Source: Polaromonas sp. (GTDB taxonomy: Bacteria; Pseudomonadota; Gammaproteobacteria; Burkholderiales; Burkholderiaceae_C). From it: 64,000 nucleotides of DNA. Made by a program: the position numbers and the translations under genes. Where the stretch lies: NCBI RefSeq assembly GCF_030680935.1, contig NZ_JAUXUP010000015.1, forward strand, positions 1,948-65,947, read 5' to 3'. This document shows, piece by piece, positions 1 to 8,957 of the stretch. Numbering within the stretch: position 1 is the first letter of the stretch; each line of letters begins with the position of its first letter. Below the pieces are notes generated by a model. It worked only from the letters and a program-made list of their open reading frames with translations. It did no database searches and had not been told where the DNA came from.

Positions 1-1
1 G

Positions 2-1234
2 CCCGATGAAAGCCCTGCGATCTTGCTGGCGCCGCCGGTCGAGGAATTCATCAAAGAGCGCACCGGTTTTGCCGGCTACCGGATTTCTGACACAAATGGA
101 CGTTTTCTGGCGGGCGAGCGATGGATCGACGTGGTGGTGCCCAGTACCCGCGAGCCCGAGTTTCACAGCATGGAGGTCAATGGCGCTACATACCGGGTGG
201 TTGTCCAGCGCGTCAGGACGGTGGCGGGCGAGCTGATTCTGCAACTGGCCGACGGCTCCGATGCTCGCCAGCACTGGCTGCGCTCGGTCTTTTTCAAGGT
301 CTTGCTGCCCAACCTGCTGCTGGTGCTTGCGGCGGCGTTTGCAGTCAACTGGGCCGTGACACGTGCGCTCAGGCCCTTGCTGACTCTCAAGGACGCGGTC
401 GAGCGCCGATCGCCGCGTGACCTCAGTGCCATCGATCCGCGCAACACGCCAGCCGAGGTGCAGCCCTTGGTGGCTTCACTGAACCGCTTGTTTGCGCTGG
501 TCAACGACCAGGCCGAGGGCCAGCGCCGTTTTGTGGCCGATGCTGCCCACCAGCTGCGCACCCCGCTGGCTGGCTTGCAGGCTCAGGTAGAAGCGTGGGC
601 GCAAGCGGCGGGTGCGCCTTCTGCGCGAGGACAGGTGCTGTTGTCGGCTGAGAAAGTCATGCGTTTGCGCAGTGCCACCCGGCGCACGTCCCAACTGGCC
701 AATCAGTTGCTGGCACTGTCCCGGGCCGACGCCAGCAACCTGTCCGGCCAGCCCGCGCAGCGGGTGGACCTGAAGGATCTGTGCGAATCGATGCTGGCCC
801 TGCACCTGGATGCAGCATCTGCCAAAGGGATGGATCTGGGGCTGGAGGCGAGTTTTGCGCAGGTGTCAGGGCACGAATGGCTGCTGCGTGAGCTGCTGGG
901 TAATCTGGTGGACAACGCCGTCAAGTACACCGCACCTGGCGGTACCGTCACTGTGCGCTGCGGCAGCGAGCCGGCTGCAAGCGCGGGTGGGGCCCAGGTT
1001 TTTCTGGAGGTGGAAGACAACGGCCCAGGCATTGCCCCGCCTGAGCGCGCCCGCGTGCTGGAGCGGTTTTACCGCGTACCCGGCACGGTGGGTGAGGGCA
1101 ATGGCCTGGGCCTGGCCATCGCCGACGAGATTGCCCGCGTGCATGGTGCGCAACTGGTGCTGACACCCGCCGGGGTGCGCGACGGCGTGGCCTGGGGACT
1201 GCGTGTACGGCTCACGCTGGACGCGTCAATCTGA
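2..1234 (+). CDS. Sensor histidine kinase (TctE/QseC-like), 5' end truncated by the window edge
   Basis: HisKA H-box RRFVADAAHQLRTPLA, N-box LLGNLVDNAVKYT, G-boxes DNGPGI/GNGLGLAI; TM plus HAMP upstream; frame is open to the window start. Confidence 0.9.
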   Translation, partial: PDESPAILLAPPVEEFIKERTGFAGYRISDTNGRFLAGERWIDVVVPSTREPEFHSMEVNGATYRVVVQRVRTVAGELILQLADGSDARQHWLRSVFFKVLLPNLLLVLAAAFAVNWAVTRALRPLLTLKDAVERRSPRDLSAIDPRNTPAEVQPLVASLNRLFALVNDQAEGQRRFVADAAHQLRTPLAGLQAQVEAWAQAAGAPSARGQVLLSAEKVMRLRSATRRTSQLANQLLALSRADASNLSGQPAQRVDLKDLCESMLALHLDAASAKGMDLGLEASFAQVSGHEWLLRELLGNLVDNAVKYTAPGGTVTVRCGSEPAASAGGAQVFLEVEDNGPGIAPPERARVLERFYRVPGTVGEGNGLGLAIADEIARVHGAQLVLTPAGVRDGVAWGLRVRLTLDASI

Positions 1235-1343
1235 GTCCGCATAGCCGGGCCTAGCGTTGGCAAGTGGCTACGGCGGCTGTGCGAGAATCCAGAGCGACGG
1301 CTTTAGTTTTGAAACATCTCTTACAACCACGTACCGCAAGCCT

Positions 1344-1979
1344 ATGTCCGAGTCTGAGTCTGATGTGACCGCCGAACTCTCGAGCACCGGTGCGCCGCGC
1401 AAGCGCCCCAAGCCGGGCGAGCGCCGCGTGCAGATTCTGCAGGCGCTGGCGACCATGCTGGAGCAGCCGGGCGCCGAGCGCATCACCACCTCAGCGCTGG
1501 CGGCGCGGCTGGAGGTCAGTGAAGCGGCCCTGTACCGGCACTTTGCCAGCAAGGCCCAGATGTTTGAAGGCCTGATCGAGTTCATTGAGCAAACCGTGTT
1601 CACCCTGGTCAACCAGATTGCCGAGCGCGAAACCGATCCGGCGCAGCGTACCCGCAAGCTGGTGGTCATGCTGCTGCAGTTTGCCGAAAAAAACCCCGGC
1701 ATGACGCGCGTGATGGCCGGTGACGCGCTGGTGTTTGAGAACGAGCGCCTGCAAGAGCGCATGAATCAGTTTTTTGACAAACTGGAAGCCAGCCTGAAAC
1801 AAAACCTGCGCGATGCCGCTGCGGCCGGCGGCGCAGCCACCCCGACGGTGCAGGCGCAGGTGCACGCCTCGGTCATCGTGGCCTTCATGGTGGGGCGCCT
1901 GCAGCGTTTTTCGCGCTCGGGTTTCAAACGCCTGCCCATCGAACACCTGGACGCCAGTCTGGCGCTGTTGCTGGGTTGA
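1344..1979 (+). CDS. slmA: Nucleoid occlusion factor SlmA (TetR family)
   Basis: RKRPKPGERRVQILQALA...ITTSALAARLEVSEAALYRHFASKAQMFEGLIEFIE matches SlmA; ATG 1344 chosen over the ORF-track start at 1257. Confidence 0.88.
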   Translation: MSESESDVTAELSSTGAPRKRPKPGERRVQILQALATMLEQPGAERITTSALAARLEVSEAALYRHFASKAQMFEGLIEFIEQTVFTLVNQIAERETDPAQRTRKLVVMLLQFAEKNPGMTRVMAGDALVFENERLQERMNQFFDKLEASLKQNLRDAAAAGGAATPTVQAQVHASVIVAFMVGRLQRFSRSGFKRLPIEHLDASLALLLG

Positions 1980-1984
1980 AAGTT

Positions 1985-2025
1985 GCTATCAAATAGATAG
2001 CTTCTTACGCCCATTAACAAAGGGC
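1985..2025 (-). repeat. 41-bp spaced motif, copy 1 (intergenic, between convergent slmA and ldh2)
   Basis: GCTA-TCAAATAGAT-AGCT-TCTTA-CGC-CCATTAACAAA-GGGC (reverse orientation). Confidence 0.85.
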
Positions 2026-2064
2026 TAGAGGCCGATTTGATGCCTCATTTCGAATAAAACCGCT

Positions 2065-3129
2065 TCAAGCCTGCACGTTCACGCCCACTTTGGCGCCGGC
2101 CACTACGATTTCCTGCCAGGTCTGGGGGTCCACCGCGATACCTTCCAGCTCGCGCTGTGCGCGGTACGCGCGCTCGGGGTCACCAGCGATCTGTACAGCC
2201 TCAAAACCCGGTGCAACCGGCCCAGCCCGGAGCCAGTCCACAAACGCCACCGCCTCCTGCTCAAAAACCGCTTGTGTGCCGAGTTGGGCCGGATCGATCA
2301 GGATGGTCAGCATGCCGTTGATGACGGCGCGCACTGCGGGGTCTGTGGGTTTGTGCCAGGTACCGCTGCCGGTCAGCGCGCCGCCCAGCAACTCGCAGGC
2401 CACGGCCATGCCGTAGCCCTTGTGTTCGCCGAAGGCCAGCAGCGCGCCAAACAGGCCATTGCTTTGCGGCACCACCACCACCCCCGGGTCGGTCGTGGGC
2501 CTGCCCTGCTCGTCTATCAGTGTGCCGGCTTCGACGCGGCGGCCCTCGTTGTGCGCCACCCGCATCTTGCCCTGCGCCACGCGGCTGGTGGCGAAGTCGA
2601 GGATGAAGGGCTCTCGTCCCTGGAGCGGCATACCAATGCAGCACGGGTTGGTGCCATACCGCCCATCAGCGCCCCCGAAGGGTGCGACCACGGGCCGCGA
2701 CAACACATTGACAAAATGCAGCGACACCAGGCCTTGCGCCACTGCCATCTCCGCGAAGTGCCCGATCCGGCCCAGGTGGTGCGCGTTGGCCAGCGTCATG
2801 ATGCAGCTGCCATGCGTTCTGGCGCGCGCCATGCCCAGCGCCATGGCTTGCTCGCCAACGACCTGGCCATAGCCGCGCTGACCGTCCAGGGTCAGCAGCG
2901 AGCCGGCGTCGAGAACGATCTTGACACTGTTGTTGGGCTTGAGGCCGCCTTCCAGCACCGCGTCCACATAACGCGGCAACATGCCGACACCGTGTGAATC
3001 GTGGCCGCTCAGATTGGCCATCACCAGGTTGGCGGCGACGGCATCTGCCTCTGCGGGCTGGCTGCCGGCCGCTATCAAAACAGTAGCTACTTGCGCACGT
3101 AGAACGGGGGCTTGAAGTGTATTTTGCAT
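2065..3129 (-). CDS. Ldh_2-family (malate/lactate/ureidoglycolate) dehydrogenase, YbiC/HcxB-like
   Basis: ANLSGHDSHGVGMLPRY, NAHHLGRIGHFAE, GTNPCCI, LDFATS, FGEHKGYG motifs. Confidence 0.9.
   Translation of the reverse strand: MQNTLQAPVLRAQVATVLIAAGSQPAEADAVAANLVMANLSGHDSHGVGMLPRYVDAVLEGGLKPNNSVKIVLDAGSLLTLDGQRGYGQVVGEQAMALGMARARTHGSCIMTLANAHHLGRIGHFAEMAVAQGLVSLHFVNVLSRPVVAPFGGADGRYGTNPCCIGMPLQGREPFILDFATSRVAQGKMRVAHNEGRRVEAGTLIDEQGRPTTDPGVVVVPQSNGLFGALLAFGEHKGYGMAVACELLGGALTGSGTWHKPTDPAVRAVINGMLTILIDPAQLGTQAVFEQEAVAFVDWLRAGPVAPGFEAVQIAGDPERAYRAQRELEGIAVDPQTWQEIVVAGAKVGVNVQA
3071..3111 (-). repeat. 41-bp spaced motif, copy 2 (in frame in the ldh2 N-terminus)
   Basis: GCTA-TCAAAACAGT-AGCT-ACTTG-CGC-ACGTAGAACGG-GGGC; encodes APVLRAQVATVLIA. 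Confidence 0.8.
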
Positions 3130-3135
3130 ATAAGC

Positions 3136-4662
3136 CTACATGACCGCGCCAACTTGCCAGGGAACAAACTCGTTTTGCCCGTAGCCATGTTTTTCGCTTT
3201 TACTCGGCTCGCCCGAGGCGGTGGCCAGCACCATCTCGAAAATCCGCTGGCCCATCTCCTGGACGGAGACGCCGCCGTCGATGATTTCGCCGCAATTGAT
3301 GTCCATGTCTTCTTCCTGCTTGCGCCAGAGGGCCGAGTTGGTGGCCAGCTTGAGCGACGGTGAGGGCGCGCAGCCGTAGGCCGACCCGCGGCCGGTGGTA
3401 AAACAAATCAGGTTGGCACCACCTGCCACCTGGCCGGTGGCACTGACCGGGTCGTAGCCGGGTGTGTCCATGTAGACAAAACCGTGGCTGCTGACCGGCT
3501 CTGCGTATTCATACACCGCTTCCAGGTTGCTGGTGCCGCCCTTCGCGACTGCGCCCAGCGATTTCTCCAGGATGGTGGTCAGGCCGCCGGCCTTGTTGCC
3601 GGGCGAGGGATTGTTGTTCATCTCGCCTTCATTGATCTCGGTGTAGTGCTCCCACCACTTGATGCGGGAGATCAGCTTTTCGGCCACATCTGGGCGCACG
3701 GCACGGCGTGTCAGCAAGTGCTCTGCGCCGTAAATCTCCGGTGTCTCGCTGAGAATGGCGGTGCCGCCGTGCGCGACCAGCAGGTCCACTGCCGCGCCCA
3801 GGGCCGGATTCGCGCTGATGCCTGAATAACCGTCCGAGCCGCCGCATTGCAGGCCGATGGTGATGTGGGCGGCACTGCAGGGCTCACGCCGGATGTTATT
3901 GGCCTGGGGCAACATGTCCTTGATCAGTGCAATACCCTTGGCCACGGTTTTGGCAGTACCACCGGTGTCCTGAATGCTGAAGACGCGCAGTGTTTCCCCT
4001 TCACGCAGGCTGCTGTGCGCCAGCCAGGCGTTGATCTGGTTCGACTCGCAACCCAGTCCCACCACCAGCACGCCCGCAAAATTGGGGTGGGTGGCGTAAC
4101 CGGCCAGCGTGCGTTGCAAGATCTGCATGCCCATGCCTTCGGTGTCCATGCCGCAGCCGGTGCCGTGCGTCAGGGCCACCACACCATCGACGTTGGGAAA
4201 GTCTTTCAGTGCCGACGGGTTGTTCTGCTGTGAGAAATAGTCGGCTATCGCGCGCGCTGCGGTGGCCGAGCAATTGACGCTGGACAGGATGCCGATGTAG
4301 TTGCGGGTGGCCACGCGGCCGTCGGCCCGCTTGATGCCCATGAAGCTGGCTTCGCGTCGGGGTGTGGCCGGTTTGACATCGGCGCCAAAGGCATAGTCCC
4401 GCGCAAAGTCGCCTTTGTCGGGGCCCATGTCAAGGTTGTGCGTGTGTACATGGTCGCCGGGCACGATGGCCTTGCTGGCAAAACCAATGATCTGGTTGTA
4501 GCGGCGCACCGGCTCGCCGGCCGCGATGGCGCGCGTGGCTACTTTGTGGCCTGGCGGAATCAGGCCCTTGATGCTGACGTTCTCGGCTTGCGTGCCGCCC
4601 ACCAGTTGCGATCTGGCGATGAGTACGTCGTCAGCGGGGTGGAGTCGGATGAAAGGGGTCAT
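3136..4662 (-). CDS. Altronate dehydratase family (UxaA/GarD) acid-sugar dehydratase with N-terminal SAF domain
   Basis: IPPGHKVA...RYNQIIG SAF domain, RNYIGILSSVNCS, GLQCGGSDGYSG, NPSPGNKAGGLTT, FTTGRGS. Confidence 0.92.
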   Translation of the reverse strand: MTPFIRLHPADDVLIARSQLVGGTQAENVSIKGLIPPGHKVATRAIAAGEPVRRYNQIIGFASKAIVPGDHVHTHNLDMGPDKGDFARDYAFGADVKPATPRREASFMGIKRADGRVATRNYIGILSSVNCSATAARAIADYFSQQNNPSALKDFPNVDGVVALTHGTGCGMDTEGMGMQILQRTLAGYATHPNFAGVLVVGLGCESNQINAWLAHSSLREGETLRVFSIQDTGGTAKTVAKGIALIKDMLPQANNIRREPCSAAHITIGLQCGGSDGYSGISANPALGAAVDLLVAHGGTAILSETPEIYGAEHLLTRRAVRPDVAEKLISRIKWWEHYTEINEGEMNNNPSPGNKAGGLTTILEKSLGAVAKGGTSNLEAVYEYAEPVSSHGFVYMDTPGYDPVSATGQVAGGANLICFTTGRGSAYGCAPSPSLKLATNSALWRKQEEDMDINCGEIIDGGVSVQEMGQRIFEMVLATASGEPSKSEKHGYGQNEFVPWQVGAVM

Positions 4663-4714
4663 GGTTGGGTGTCCGTGAGTGTTTTAGTTAGGGAGAGTGT
4701 TCAGGTGGGTGGTG

Positions 4715-4817
4715 GCCTGGGAGGCTGGGGCGGATAGCTCCGCGAATGTCCCCCGCGTGGCCTAGGGCCACTGCTCCTCCTTGATTTCGCTGCGCTACCC
4801 ACCCCAGCCTCCCAGGC
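4715..4817. repeat. MITE/REP-like hairpin element with 24-bp inverted arms
   Basis: gcctgggaggctggggcggatagc (4715-4738) vs gctacccaccccagcctcccaggc (4794-4817), 22/24 complementary; core cgcgaatgtccccc...ctcctccttgatttcgctgcg. Confidence 0.7.
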
Positions 4818-4868
4818 TGGCCATCGCTCCACGAGGGCGGCACCGAAAACCTGCTAGGCCTGTAGGAT

Positions 4869-4956
4869 CATGTCGGTGCGGTACTCGGCGCAGCGGCATC
4901 AAGGAGGAGGCCGAAGGCCGGGGGACAGCCGCGTAGCTGAGTGCCGCGTCGGCATG
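4869..4956. repeat. Second element of the same core family, inverted, with different arms
   Basis: Arms catgtcggtgcggtactcggc / gctgagtgccgcgtcggcatg; internal cagcggcatcaaggaggaggccgaaggccgggggacagccgcg is the reverse complement of the 4741-4793 core type. Confidence 0.6.
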
Positions 4957-4997
4957 AACCCCACCACGGCAAGCGCATTGGTTTCCCCCAACGCGTT

Positions 4998-6392
4998 TTA
5001 GTAAAACATCTTCGGCAGCCACAACACCAGCTTGGGAAAGTAAGTGATGATCGCCAGCGATCCAAGCAGCGGAACCAGCCACGGTAGTATCGCCATGGTG
5101 GTGCGTTCGACCGAGAGTTTGGCCACCCGCGCCAGCACAAACAGCACCATGCCCATGGGCGGGTGTAACAGGCCAATCATCAGGTTCAGCACCATTACCA
5201 GGCCAAAGTGCACCGGGTCTATGCCCAGTTGCTGGACGATAGGCATCAGGATAGGCACGAGGATGGTGATGGCAGCGGTGGGCTCCAGGAAGCAGCCCAC
5301 AAACAGCATCAGCGCATTGGCCAGCAGCAAAAAGACCCAGGGCTCCTTGGTAAAACCCAGCACCCATTGCGAGATGGCTGCTGTTACACCCGTGGCTGTC
5401 AGCATCCAGCCAAATATGCTGGCCGCCGCCACGATGAAAAGCACGGTGGCGGTGGTCTCCACTGTGTCCAGGCAGACCTTGACGAACATTTTCCAGTTCA
5501 GGGTGCGGTACCAGGCCAGACCCAGCACCATGGCCCACAGGCAGGCGGCGATCGCGCCTTCGGTGGGTGTAAAAATGCCGGTCGTCATGCCGCCTATCAG
5601 CAGGACCGGCGTCATGATGGGCAGTACTGCCTGAAACTTGAAAAACTTGTCAGCGGCAAAAAGCACCAGCACGCCGGCAAACACGGTGATCTGTGGCTGA
5701 AAGCCCGCCTTGGTGATCAGCAGCCACAGTACCAGCGGCCAGCCTGCCACCACCAGAGTCTCTACCAGCGCCTTGATCACACGCGGCCACTCAAATTTGA
5801 TGTCGGCGCCCCAGCCGTTTTTGTGGGCAAAGTAAGCCACGGTCAGCATCATCAGCCCGGCCATCATGATGCCCGGCAGGATGCCGGCCAGAAACAAGGC
5901 ACCTACGCTGACGTTGGCCATCATCCCGTAAATCACAAAGGGCAGGCTGGGCGGGATGATGGGCCCCAGCGTGGCTGAAGCAGCGGTCACACCGACGGCG
6001 AATTCCTTGCTGTAACCGTGGTCGGTCATGGCCTTGATTTCAATCGTGCCCAGGCCGGCCGCGTCGGCAATGGCGGTGCCGCTCATGCCGGCAAACACCA
6101 CCGAACCCACCACATTCACATGGCCCAGCCCGCCCTTCATCCAGCCGACCAGCGCCAGCGCATAGTTGTAGATGCGGTTGGTGATGCCGGCGTTATTCAT
6201 GAGGTTGCCCGCCAGAATGAAAAAGGGCACGGCCAGCAAGGGAAAGCTGTCGATGCCGCTGACCATGCGGTGGATCACCACAAAAGCCGGCAGGTTGCCC
6301 GTCCACCAGATATACAGCAGGGCCGAGCCGGCCATCGCCATCGCGACCGGAATGCCGCCACTCATGAGTACCAGAAAAATTATTTTGAGCAT
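4998..6392 (-). CDS. dctM: TRAP transporter large permease
   Basis: SFPLLAVPFFILAG, FAGMSGTAIADAA, GPIIPPSLP, GIFTPTEGA, GIDPVHFG. Confidence 0.95.
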   Translation of the reverse strand: MLKIIFLVLMSGGIPVAMAMAGSALLYIWWTGNLPAFVVIHRMVSGIDSFPLLAVPFFILAGNLMNNAGITNRIYNYALALVGWMKGGLGHVNVVGSVVFAGMSGTAIADAAGLGTIEIKAMTDHGYSKEFAVGVTAASATLGPIIPPSLPFVIYGMMANVSVGALFLAGILPGIMMAGLMMLTVAYFAHKNGWGADIKFEWPRVIKALVETLVVAGWPLVLWLLITKAGFQPQITVFAGVLVLFAADKFFKFQAVLPIMTPVLLIGGMTTGIFTPTEGAIAACLWAMVLGLAWYRTLNWKMFVKVCLDTVETTATVLFIVAAASIFGWMLTATGVTAAISQWVLGFTKEPWVFLLLANALMLFVGCFLEPTAAITILVPILMPIVQQLGIDPVHFGLVMVLNLMIGLLHPPMGMVLFVLARVAKLSVERTTMAILPWLVPLLGSLAIITYFPKLVLWLPKMFY

Positions 6393-6404
6393 GTTGACGT
6401 TTTG

Positions 6405-6980
6405 TTATTGGTCGTCCATGGACGACTCGGGCCGCTCCAGCACCGTGTAGCCGCGCCGGTGGTGAAACAGTGCGATCTGCACCGAGCGAAAAGCCATCGC
6501 GGCAAAACCCAGCAGGCACACGCCGTAGACCCAGTTCATCGGCAGGTCCACCATGGTCATGCGCGAGTTGCTGCCCAGCTTGAGCATCATCATCACGGTC
6601 AGTACAGCGGCTGCCGCAAAGAAACCGACACGCAGCACATCCACGGCGGTGGCCATGACCCGTGCCAGCGCGGGCGGCATGAACTTGTAGAAAAAATCGA
6701 CCTGGATGTGGTTGTTTTTGATCACCCCAATGGTCGCGCCGGTGAAAACTACCGCGATCAGCAGATAACGCGCGATTTCTTCGGTCCAGGCGGCGGAGTC
6801 ATTCATCACATAACGCGTGAAGAACTGGTAAAAAACGGTGAGACCCAGCACCCAGAAAAAGCCCAGGGCAACCCAGGCTTCCAGCTTGGTGCCGGATAGG
6901 TCCACCGCTTCGTCCTGAGCGTGGAACTCACCGTCGGCCCCCATCACGGGGGCCATGTCGTCAATGGTTTCGACTTTCAT
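6405..6980 (-). CDS. dctQ: TRAP transporter small permease
   Basis: 4 TM segments; QFFTRYVMNDSAAWTEEIARY, NNHIQVDF; lies between dctP and dctM. Confidence 0.92.
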   Translation of the reverse strand: MKVETIDDMAPVMGADGEFHAQDEAVDLSGTKLEAWVALGFFWVLGLTVFYQFFTRYVMNDSAAWTEEIARYLLIAVVFTGATIGVIKNNHIQVDFFYKFMPPALARVMATAVDVLRVGFFAAAAVLTVMMMLKLGSNSRMTMVDLPMNWVYGVCLLGFAAMAFRSVQIALFHHRRGYTVLERPESSMDDQ

Positions 6981-6992
6981 GCAGACGGGGTG

Positions 6993-7991
6993 CTACTTGA
7001 TTCCGACCACGCGGTCCCAATCCTTTTTGTCCAGCTTCATGGATTCGAAGGTGATGGCTTTGAGTACGCGTTGCTGGAAGTCGGCGCGGTCCACGGTGAC
7101 GACATTGATGCCCTTTTTCTTGAACTCTTCCACCAGTTCGCCTTCGCGCTTGCGGATGTCATTGGTCGCGTTGACTGCAGCTTCCTGCGTCACGTCGGCC
7201 AGCAGCTTCTGCTCGGCGGGCGACAGCTTGCCCATCAGGCCGGGCGAGATCACGGTCAGCAAGGCGTCCGAGATATGGCCGGTCAGGATGATGTTCTTCT
7301 GCACCTCAAAAAACTTCTTGGCCTCAATCGTCGGCAGCGGGTTCTCCTGAGCGTCCACGGTGCCGTTCTGCAGTGCCAGGTAGACCTCTGCAAAGGCGAT
7401 CGGTGTCGGGTTGGCACCGCAGGCACGGGGCAGTGCGGTGTAGGCCGGCGAATCGGGCACGCGCATCTTGATGCCCTTCATCTCGTCGCAGTTCTTGAAC
7501 AGCTTGTTGCTGGTCGCGTGGCGCGCGCCGTAGTAGGTCAGGGCGGTCACCGTGTTGCCGGTGGCTTTTTTGTAGCCTTCGGTCAACTCCTTGAAGATGT
7601 CGCTCTTGCCGTAGGCGATCACATGGTCGGCATCGCGGAAGGTGAAGGGGTAATAGCTGACTGCCAGGCGCGGGAAGGAGTTGGAGGCAAACGACGCGCC
7701 GGTCAGGATGATGTCCACTGTGCCCAGTTGCAGGCCCTGGTTGATGTCGCTTTCCTTGCCGAGGCTGGAAGCGGGAAAGACCTGGATCTCATACTTGCCG
7801 TTGGTGCGTTTCTTGAATTCGTCGGCGGCCCAGACCGACCACTTGTGGTAAGGCTCCGATGTCTCATAGACGTGTGCCCATTTCAGTTTTGTCTGCGCAT
7901 TTGCAATACCGAAAGGGGCTGTAGCCCCTGTCAGTATTGCGCAAGCAGCTATTACTTTAAGAGCAAATTGTTTTCTTGTCAGCGCTTTCAT
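6993..7991 (-). CDS. dctP: TRAP transporter substrate-binding protein
   Basis: Signal peptide; KGIKMRVP (conserved Arg for carboxylate binding), EVYLALQNGTVDAQENP. Confidence 0.93.
   Translation of the reverse strand: MKALTRKQFALKVIAACAILTGATAPFGIANAQTKLKWAHVYETSEPYHKWSVWAADEFKKRTNGKYEIQVFPASSLGKESDINQGLQLGTVDIILTGASFASNSFPRLAVSYYPFTFRDADHVIAYGKSDIFKELTEGYKKATGNTVTALTYYGARHATSNKLFKNCDEMKGIKMRVPDSPAYTALPRACGANPTPIAFAEVYLALQNGTVDAQENPLPTIEAKKFFEVQKNIILTGHISDALLTVISPGLMGKLSPAEQKLLADVTQEAAVNATNDIRKREGELVEEFKKKGINVVTVDRADFQQRVLKAITFESMKLDKKDWDRVVGIK
7924..7964 (+). repeat. 41-bp spaced motif, copy 3 (antisense, within the dctP signal peptide)
   Basis: GCCC-CTGTCAGTATT-GCG-CAAGC-AGCT-ATTACTTTAA-GAGC; the gene strand encodes ALKVIAACAILTG. 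Confidence 0.75.
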
Positions 7992-8069
7992 GGTGTCTCC
8001 TCTTGGGGGTGGTTACTGGCTTTCAAAGGGAAACGATGCACATGCCAGCCGTGCACCGCGGTTCAATGC

Positions 8070-8828
8070 TTATGGGGCGTTCACCAGGCTGGCGAAGGGC
8101 TCCTTGAGTTGCCGCGCCTGGCGCCAGCTGACGCTGAAGCGGGTGTGCGAGTTGTCCATGTGGGCATGCATGGCCAGGCGGGCGGCCGCGCCGTCGTGGT
8201 CGCGCACCGCCTGCAGGATGGCTTCATGTTCACTGATGGCGGCGGACCAGGACTCCAGGTTTTCAAAGTAGCCGCCCAGCCGCTCGAATAGCGGACCGCG
8301 CCGCGAGTCCCAGAAACGTTGCACGGTTTCGATCAGCACCACGTTGTCGCAAGACTCGACAATGGCGGTATGGAAGGCGCGGTCGCCTTCGAGAGGCAGC
8401 ACGCCGCGGCCGGCGTCGCTTTTCATCATGTCCAGCGCCTTGACCATCGCGCTGATGTGTTTGCGTTTGGCCTGCAGCGCCGCGATCGAGGCGATCTCGC
8501 CCTCGACCACGCGGCGCGCGCGTATCAGCTCCAGTGGCCCCCATTCGTCGGGGGCGATCTGCGGCCGGCTGGCGGCGGCTGCGGCGCTGTGGCTGCTGCG
8601 GTCCAGCACATACACACCCGATCCGGTTCGCACCTCCACCCAGCCCTCGACTTCCATGGCGATCAGGGCTTCCCGCACCGAAGGCCGGCTGACACCGAGC
8701 TGCTTGGCCAGGTCGCGCTCCGCCGGCAGGCGGGTGCCCGCCGCAAACTCCCCCTGGCTGATCAGCGTGCGCAATTGCTCTGCAATCTGGCGGTACAGTC
8801 GCCTGGGTTCAACGGTTTGCAGCGGCAT
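8070..8828 (-). CDS. GntR/FadR-family transcriptional regulator
   Basis: wHTH RLPAERDLAKQLGVSRPSVREALIAME...GSGVYV plus FCD domain (DRAFHTAI...EHEAI). Confidence 0.95.
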   Translation of the reverse strand: MPLQTVEPRRLYRQIAEQLRTLISQGEFAAGTRLPAERDLAKQLGVSRPSVREALIAMEVEGWVEVRTGSGVYVLDRSSHSAAAAASRPQIAPDEWGPLELIRARRVVEGEIASIAALQAKRKHISAMVKALDMMKSDAGRGVLPLEGDRAFHTAIVESCDNVVLIETVQRFWDSRRGPLFERLGGYFENLESWSAAISEHEAILQAVRDHDGAAARLAMHAHMDNSHTRFSVSWRQARQLKEPFASLVNAP

Positions 8829-8861
8829 CTTCAGGACTGGAAGGGATTAAGGGTTAGCCAG

Positions 8862-8886
8862 AATTGGACAAGTGGTCAGACCAATT
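8862..8886. promoter_or_regulatory. Putative FadR-subfamily operator in the divergent promoter
   Basis: TGGTCAGACCA palindrome (8873-8883) plus AATTGG/CCAATT inverted pair; fits TGGT-N3-ACCA GntR/FadR boxes. Confidence 0.65.
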
Positions 8887-8957
8887 GATAATCCCACAAT
8901 CGCACCCGCTTCCACCATCCGGCTAAACCCTGTCATGTCCCCGCCCCCAGTCTTTGC

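Noticed and set aside
1235-2064. SlmA-binding sites near slmA
   Set aside because: No GTGAGTACTCAC-like sequence seen nearby; the 41-bp motif does not resemble the SBS consensus.
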